Source of the DNA: Armatimonadota bacterium
GTDB lineage: Bacteria; Armatimonadota; Fimbriimonadia; Fimbriimonadales; GBS-DC
Direction: 5' to 3'
NCBI GenBank assembly: GCA_037445735.1
Contig: JBBIJY010000006.1
Coordinates: forward strand, 1 to 64,000
DNA: 64,000 nt
The position numbers and the translations under genes are program-made. This document shows positions 58,051 through 64,000 of the stretch, one piece after another. The notes beneath the pieces are model-generated. The model made no database searches. It was not told the origin of the DNA and saw only the letters and a list, made by a program, of their open reading frames with translations. Numbering within the stretch: the first letter of the stretch is position 1; every line of letters begins with the position of its first letter.

Positions 58051-59046
58051 ATGAACGCCACCTACGAACAGGTGCGGGACTATGCAGGCTGGCTTGACCT
58101 GAGCGATTGGGGGCTGGTGCAGGTGGTGGGCAGCGACCGTCAGCGGTTCCTGCAAGCGCAGACGACCAACGACCTGCGCCCGCTCCAGAACGGCACGGGC
58201 ACCTACACCGCCTTCTGCACGCCCACGGGACACCTGCTCTCCGACGCCTATGTGCTGGACGACGGCGAAGGCTACCTGCTGATGCTTCCACCCCTCACCT
58301 TCGGCACGATGCTGGAACGGCTCAGCGGGCTGATTATTCTGGACGATGTGGAACTGATCCCGTTGCAGGAAGGGCTGGGCGTGATCAGCCTTCAGGGCGG
58401 GCAGGCGTCGGAAGTGCTGGAAGAACTGGGGCTGGAACCACCGCCCGAAGGCGAACTGCGCCACCAGAATCGGCTCTGGCAATCGGTCGAAGTGCGCATC
58501 GTGCGCTGCCAGCGCACCCGCTGGGGCGGCTATGACCTATGGCTGCCCTTCGAAGCGCACGAGGAGCTGAAGAGCGCCCTCGTCGCGACTGGCGCATTAC
58601 CCATCTCGCCCGAACTCTATGAGGTGCTGCGCTACGAGGCAGGCATCCCGCTCTATGGCGTCGATATGGACGAACGCACCCTCGCTGCCGAGATGGGCGC
58701 GGCGTTTGAGGCGAAATATATTTCCTACACCAAAGGCTGCTACACGGGTCAGGAGGTGCTGATGCGCATTAAGGCGCGGGGGCACACCAATCGCACCTGG
58801 GTGCCATTGCGTATCGAGGGTGAGACCATCCCGCCGCGCGGCACTCTGCTCGCTGCGCCGGACCGACCCGACGCAGGCTGGCTCACAGGCGCCGTGCGCT
58901 CGCCCGCGCTGGGGAACGCCATCCTGGGCTGGGGCTTCGTGCGCAACGCCTATATCGAACCCGGCACCCATCTCCAGACCGCCACCGAACCACCCCAGTT
59001 AACCACCGTCATTCGCATCGAAGACCTGCACACCCCACAGGTATAA
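58051..59046 (+). CDS. ygfZ: Folate-binding Fe-S repair protein YgfZ/GcvT-like
   Basis: GSDRQRFLQ, RYEAGIP, ISYTKGCYTGQE signature. Confidence 0.85.
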   Translation: MNATYEQVRDYAGWLDLSDWGLVQVVGSDRQRFLQAQTTNDLRPLQNGTGTYTAFCTPTGHLLSDAYVLDDGEGYLLMLPPLTFGTMLERLSGLIILDDVELIPLQEGLGVISLQGGQASEVLEELGLEPPPEGELRHQNRLWQSVEVRIVRCQRTRWGGYDLWLPFEAHEELKSALVATGALPISPELYEVLRYEAGIPLYGVDMDERTLAAEMGAAFEAKYISYTKGCYTGQEVLMRIKARGHTNRTWVPLRIEGETIPPRGTLLAAPDRPDAGWLTGAVRSPALGNAILGWGFVRNAYIEPGTHLQTATEPPQLTTVIRIEDLHTPQV

Positions 59047-59076
59047 TCTCTGGCGATGCAACAGGAGGGAAAGGCG

Positions 59077-60021
59077 ATGACTGCACGAGCGATTGGCACT
59101 CTACTATTCGGCTGGCTATTAGCGATTGGCTGTCTGGCGCAACAAACCCCGGCGACCGCGCCATCCAGTTCGGCGACCAGTTTCCAGTACAAATTCCGCC
59201 CTGACCAGCAGGAACGCTATCAGGTAACGGTCGAGATGAATGGGAACTTACCCATTCCGGGGGCTGCGGGCGCAGCGGGCATTCTCAAAATGACGCTCGG
59301 GATCGCGGTGAAGGTCACCAAAGCGGAGGAGCAGCAGGCGACGGTCCAAACCTCGCTGGATGCTTTTAATGCGGAGTTTAATGGCTCGCCCTTCCCCGTG
59401 AGCCTCGAAATGGCAAAGAGTTTCATTCCCGACAGCACTGCGACCGTCTCGCCCCGCGGCAAGCTGAGCGGTCTGCAGGGCAGCGGTCTGATGGGTGCGC
59501 CCCTGCCAGGTTTTGACCCGCGCAACCTGGCAACCCTGCTGTTCCCCATCGAACTGCCGGAAAGCTCGCTCACAACCGGCACCACATGGCAGTTCACCCG
59601 CACTTTTGGGGAGGGCAATAGCGCTCTGCGTCTTCCTATCACCGCCCGTTTTGAGGGGTTCGAGGAAGTGGAGGGCGTCAAACTGCTCAAGATCACCGAG
59701 AGCTTCAACCTGCCCATCGAACTCTATCAGGACGCTTTCTACCAGACTGTGAGCGATAAGGAGCAGGCGGTGCGAGTCACGCGCGGCGAGGTTAAGGGCA
59801 CGGGCACAGTCTGGCTCCATCCCGACGACGGCGTTCTGCAAAAGATGACGCTCAACGCCTCGCTCAATCAGACCAGCGAACCCATCAAGAAGGATGGCTC
59901 GGAGGTCAAGGACTACGAGCGTGAGAGCAGCCAGCTGACCCTTACCCTGAACGCCACGCGCCAGAAAGCCAATACAACTGGCGAAACCAGGGCCCAACCG
60001 AGCGAGACCAGATCCAACTGA
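59077..60021 (+). CDS. Hypothetical exported beta-rich protein
   Basis: AGGAGG SD; signal peptide; FQYKFRP, LPE...G.TW, GTGTVW...G.L. Confidence 0.6.
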   Translation: MTARAIGTLLFGWLLAIGCLAQQTPATAPSSSATSFQYKFRPDQQERYQVTVEMNGNLPIPGAAGAAGILKMTLGIAVKVTKAEEQQATVQTSLDAFNAEFNGSPFPVSLEMAKSFIPDSTATVSPRGKLSGLQGSGLMGAPLPGFDPRNLATLLFPIELPESSLTTGTTWQFTRTFGEGNSALRLPITARFEGFEEVEGVKLLKITESFNLPIELYQDAFYQTVSDKEQAVRVTRGEVKGTGTVWLHPDDGVLQKMTLNASLNQTSEPIKKDGSEVKDYERESSQLTLTLNATRQKANTTGETRAQPSETRSN

Positions 60022-60069
60022 CCCGCTGCAGGGGGATCGATTCACGGTTCCCCTGCGCCTCACCCTGCG

Positions 60070-61648
60070 ATGGCTCGACTTGCGTACGGTTCATTCCTGA
60101 TAGCGTCCATCGCCTTCACCGCCTACCTGCTGTTCTGGCTGATCGAGGATGTGAGCGTGCTGGTGGCGCGCATGCCCGATGACGCCTTTTACTACCTCAA
60201 GATTGCCCGCCATATCGCTGAAGGCAAGGGCGCCACTTTCGATGGGATTCACCCGACGAACGGCTTCCAGCCCCTCTGGATGTTATTTTTGCTGCCGCTG
60301 GCGTATCTGGGGCGTTCCCTTTCACTGGAGGCGTTCCACCGACTGGCGATGGTCTACCAGCTGATGCTCTATCTGGGTGGTCTCGGATTACTTAATCGGG
60401 CGCTGGCATCCCACCTGGAGACGGCACCACGATTATGGATGACGGCACTGGCATTGAGCACAGGCATTCCGCTCTTTCTGCGCGGGATGGAACCCGTTGC
60501 GGTCTGGCTTGCGTTTTGCCTGCTAATAGCGTGGCTCTCGCGCCAGCCTGACCTGCCCCTGCTGGCGCGAGAGCCAGTGGTTCGTGCTGGGCGCTTTGCT
60601 GGGGATGCTCTTTCTGGCGCGGCTCGATATGGTGTTCGTGATTATTGCTGCGCTGGTGCTCCTGGGGTGGGTGGGACGGGCACAACCGCTGGCAATCCGC
60701 AGTCGCCAGTTCGCCTGGCTGCTGCTGGGTCTCGCATGCGTTGCAGCGCCCTATCTGCTCCACAACGCGATTCAGTCTGGAGATATAGTGCCTGTTAGCG
60801 GGCGGCTGAAAAGCGCATTCCCGCAGGTTGCCCTTTTCAGTCACGGCGTGCCACCAATCCCCGCGATTGCAACGGCGGGCATGCTGGTCAGCCTGGCTGC
60901 CAGCCTCTGGCTGTGGCAATGTGCCCGTTCAAGGGATAACCTGACCGTGCTGTTGATGGGCTGGAGTATCGGAAACCTCCTGCACTGGCTGCACACGCTC
61001 CTGTTTATGAAGTGGGGCATTCTGGTCTCTCATTTTGCTTCCTACTGGGTGCCGTTGATTGGCGTGGCGCCGCTGTTGCTGAAAGCATCGGCACAGAGCC
61101 AGCGCTTCTGGCAGGGCTGGCTGGTTGGGCTGGGCGTGATGGCGGCTTTAATCTGGGCATGGCACGATGTGCACGCCTGCTATCGCCTTCGGTTCCTTTC
61201 GCCAGTTCACTGGCGCACCAGTATGTATAACGCCGCGCTCTGGGCAAGACAGCACACCCCGCTTGACGCCGTGTTCGGTATGACCGATTCGGGCATCTTC
61301 GGCTACTACTCCGGACGCACCGTGATTAATCTGGACGGTGTGGTGAACAATCGCGAATATCAGCAATATCTGTATCGTCGCCAGCTCGGGGAGTATCTGC
61401 GTCGCAATCGGGTTCAGTACCTGGTGGTGTATGTGGTGCCCGATTTACCCCGTTTTCCGACGCCCAGCCAGCAGGGTGCACGATACGCCGATGTCTATCG
61501 GGGCGCCTATCGCGCCTTTCGGTTCTGTGCCCACGCCCGCATGTACGGCGACATCCCCAGCGATGAGATTATCCTCTATCGCCCAAACGAAGTGTACCGC
61601 GAGCGCCACATCAGAGGCATGCTCATCATCTGGCGGATAAGCGAATAG
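60070..61648 (+). pseudogene. GT-C-like membrane protein, frameshifted near 60570
   Basis: Frame 1 has DDAFYYLKIAR..TNGFQPLW..GMEP; the next frame has WFVLG..LARLD..DSGIFGYYSGRTVINLDGVVN; collinear with paralog 2645-4225. Confidence 0.8.
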
Positions 61649-61663
61649 CGGGATCGGGACAAG

Positions 61664-62638
61664 TCAGCACCCTGCACCGAAGTTGAACAGCACCAGCAGC
61701 AGGTCAGCGTCGTCCACCAGCCCGTCGCGATTGAGGTCGGAGGCAGGGTCGGTGCTGCCGAAGGCAAACAATACCAGTAGCAGGTCGGCATCGTCCACGC
61801 AGCCGTCGCCGTTCGCATCGCCGTCCCGCGCCGGCACCCAGCCCAGTGCGGTCGGCATCAACCCCGCGGGATAGCCCACATCGGTGAGCCGCGTCACCAG
61901 CGTCGCCACAGCGGTCGCCGCGCCATCATCCACCTGCAATCGCCAGAGCGCGGCTTCGGTCGCCGATGCCGTTGCTAAATAGAGCGTGCCATCCGATGCA
62001 TCCAGCGCCAGTCCGCCCAGCTCATGATCAGCAGGCAGCCCCTGCAGGTCATACTCGGTGAACTCATAGAAGGGCTGATCCGCCATCAGCTGCAGGCGCA
62101 AGAAGCCGCGGCGCACCGTGCCGTAGAGCGTGTCGCCGACCCACTCGATACCCACCACATTCGCCACAGAGATGCCGGCGCCGCTGGCGACATAGGCTTC
62201 CAGCATCTCGCCATCAGGGCTGTGGGCAAACACCATTCCAAACGCGGGAAAGGCGGTCTGCGGTGCTGACCGCCAGAGTATCCCGCGCCCAAAAGCACCA
62301 TCTCTCAGCTGGCGCCCACCCAGCAGGCATTCACAGTTCTGATAGGCGCCCACCTCACGAATCGCCCCCGTGTACGGGTTCGCTTTCGCCAATAGCAGCT
62401 GATCAAATGCCCCAATGTAGAGAAAGGTGCCATCAAACGCCAGATGATTGTAGTCGGCGCTGGGTCTGATCCCCGCAACGCTGGCGGGTGAGACCGTGCG
62501 ATCGATCGCGCCCGTGCGCAAATTATAGCGATAGAGGCTTGCTGTGCCTGTGCCCGCACCGGACAGCCACAGATAGCCGTCCGCCTGCATGCTCGCGATC
62601 AGCATCAGCCATCCAAGCAGATTCGTCCCCATTCGCAT
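61664..62638 (-). CDS. Secreted beta-propeller-like protein with C-terminal dockerin-like module
   Basis: Signal peptide; LAFDGTFLY, GLALDASDGTLY; GDANGDGCVDDADLLLVLFAFG...DLNRDGLVDDADLLLVLFNFG. Confidence 0.8.
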   Translation of the reverse strand: MRMGTNLLGWLMLIASMQADGYLWLSGAGTGTASLYRYNLRTGAIDRTVSPASVAGIRPSADYNHLAFDGTFLYIGAFDQLLLAKANPYTGAIREVGAYQNCECLLGGRQLRDGAFGRGILWRSAPQTAFPAFGMVFAHSPDGEMLEAYVASGAGISVANVVGIEWVGDTLYGTVRRGFLRLQLMADQPFYEFTEYDLQGLPADHELGGLALDASDGTLYLATASATEAALWRLQVDDGAATAVATLVTRLTDVGYPAGLMPTALGWVPARDGDANGDGCVDDADLLLVLFAFGSTDPASDLNRDGLVDDADLLLVLFNFGAGC

Positions 62639-62692
62639 GGCACTCATCTCCATCCCTATTATAGCCCACAATGGGGTATACTACGGCTGGAG

Positions 62693-63295
62693 ATGATGTT
62701 TATGCGGAGATTGCGGATTGTGATTGCGGACGACGAGCCGATTATCCTGCTCGACCTGCGCCAGATGCTGGAAGAGCTGGGCTACTCGGTCGTTGCCGAA
62801 GCCAGCACGGGCGCGCAGGCAGTGGAGATGGTGCGCAAGTTCAAGCCCGATCTGGCGATTCTCGATATCAAGATGCCGGAGATGGACGGCATCGAGGCGG
62901 CACGCATCCTGCACGAGGAGAAGCTCGCGCCCGTGCTGCTGCTGACCGCCTACAGCGATAGCGACCTCATCCAGCGGGCGAAGCAAGCAGGCGTCTACGG
63001 CTACCTCGTCAAGCCCTTCAAACAGGCGGACCTCACGCCCGCCATCGAAATCGCCCTCTCCCGCTACCGCGACACGCTCGAACTGGAGCATCAGGTGCAG
63101 GACCTCAAAGAGACGCTCGAAACCCGCAAACTGATTGAACGCGCCAAAGGCATCCTGATGGACACCTACGGACTGCGCGAGCAGGAAGCCTATCGGCGCA
63201 TCCAGGTGCAGAGCATGAACACGCGCAAGAGCATGCGCGAAATCGCCGAAGCGATTATCATCGCGCACACCATTCAGCAAAATCCTGAACGATGA
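62693..63295 (+). CDS. Response regulator REC + ANTAR (PdtaR/EutV/NasT-like)
   Basis: IADDE, LDIKMP, LTAYS, YLVKP; LETRKLIERAKGILM...EQEAYRRIQ..SM...SMREIAE. Confidence 0.93.
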   Translation: MMFMRRLRIVIADDEPIILLDLRQMLEELGYSVVAEASTGAQAVEMVRKFKPDLAILDIKMPEMDGIEAARILHEEKLAPVLLLTAYSDSDLIQRAKQAGVYGYLVKPFKQADLTPAIEIALSRYRDTLELEHQVQDLKETLETRKLIERAKGILMDTYGLREQEAYRRIQVQSMNTRKSMREIAEAIIIAHTIQQNPER

Positions 63296-64000
63296 AGCTT
63301 TCGGTCATCACCGACGAGATCGATACCGACCTGGAGCGTGCGCTGGAGGTGGTTCGGGCGTTCCCGATTCAGCAGGTGGAACTGCGCACGCTCTGGGGTG
63401 TCAACATCGCCCAGGCGGATGGTGCAACGCTGGAACGGGCTGCGCGACTGCTGCGCCAGGCAGGGCTGGGCGTCTGCTCCATCGCCTCCCCGGTGTTCAA
63501 GACCGACCTGTTTGGCACGCGGGAGCGCGGCGCTTTGCACGGCGCGTCCGATTCGCCCCTTGAGGAGCATTTCAGGTTGCTGGAGCGCTGCCTGCAGATT
63601 GCGAATCGTTTCGAGGCGCCGCTGGTGCGCATCTTCGCTTTCTGGCGGGCAGGCGAACTGACGTCCGAACGCGAAGCGCGCATCGGCGCGGTGCTGGAAC
63701 AGGCGCTGCCGCTTGCTGAACGCGCGGGCGTCGTGCTGGGACTGGAAAACGAGCACAGCTGTCAGGTCGGCACCGGCGCGGAACTGGCGCGTATCCTGCA
63801 AAAACTCCCCTCGAAATGGCTCAAAGCGGTGTGGGACCCTGGCAACGCCCTCATTCTGGGCGAATCGGCAGCCGACGGCTATGCCGCCGTTCAGCCATGG
63901 GTGGCGCATATCCATGTGAAAGACGGCATACGCGAGCCTGATGGCACGGTCCGCTGGGTGCCGATCGGCGAGGGCGAAATCGGCTATCAGCAGCATCTGC
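63292..64000 (+). CDS. Sugar phosphate isomerase/epimerase (partial, runs off window)
   Basis: Manual translation MKLSVITDEI..VELR..SIASPVFK..RIFAFW..GLENEH..WDPGN..HIHVKD; ATG overlaps upstream stop. Confidence 0.85.
   Translation, partial: MKLSVITDEIDTDLERALEVVRAFPIQQVELRTLWGVNIAQADGATLERAARLLRQAGLGVCSIASPVFKTDLFGTRERGALHGASDSPLEEHFRLLERCLQIANRFEAPLVRIFAFWRAGELTSEREARIGAVLEQALPLAERAGVVLGLENEHSCQVGTGAELARILQKLPSKWLKAVWDPGNALILGESAADGYAAVQPWVAHIHVKDGIREPDGTVRWVPIGEGEIGYQQHL

Noticed and set aside
60027-60056. GCAGGGG...CCCCTGC hairpin as a terminator or att site
   Set aside because: No U-tract and no matching partner site; possibly a degenerate REP, but unsupported.

Overview
GC-rich bacterial chromosome segment. 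By inference from protein families (C-terminal dockerin-like 'DDADLLxVLFxFG' domains, a prepilin/H-X9-DG-type protein, DUF1501) it most resembles Armatimonadota. It holds about 57 CDSs or fragments, mostly shuffled housekeeping and metabolic genes (comEA, rfbD, uppP, sucC, argD, metY, larE, corA, rimI, rfbA, pstB, ygfZ), one tRNA-Glu(TTC) and several REP-like palindrome families. I see no CRISPR array, integrase, transposase or prophage. Most notable observations: (1) five unrelated secreted proteins share a near-identical dockerin/EF-hand-like module, a candidate surface-anchoring or assembly system; (2) a ~1520-aa fusion of a degenerate M28 peptidase domain to a MacB/FtsX permease; (3) a REP cluster inserted in-frame in a secreted metallopeptidase-like gene; (4) uvrA cut at 248 aa at a palindrome; (5) a RelE/ParE-like toxin stub fused in-frame to corA behind a putative antitoxin; (6) an AT-richer decayed Rhs/toxin-immunity cassette containing an unannotated H-x6-D...HxH peptidase tip; (7) recurrent GG-TAnAnT boxes 7-8 nt before start codons (probable leaderless genes) and back-to-back divergent -10 boxes; (8) a frameshifted paralog of a GT-C-like membrane protein. 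All family assignments come from motif recognition, not database searches.
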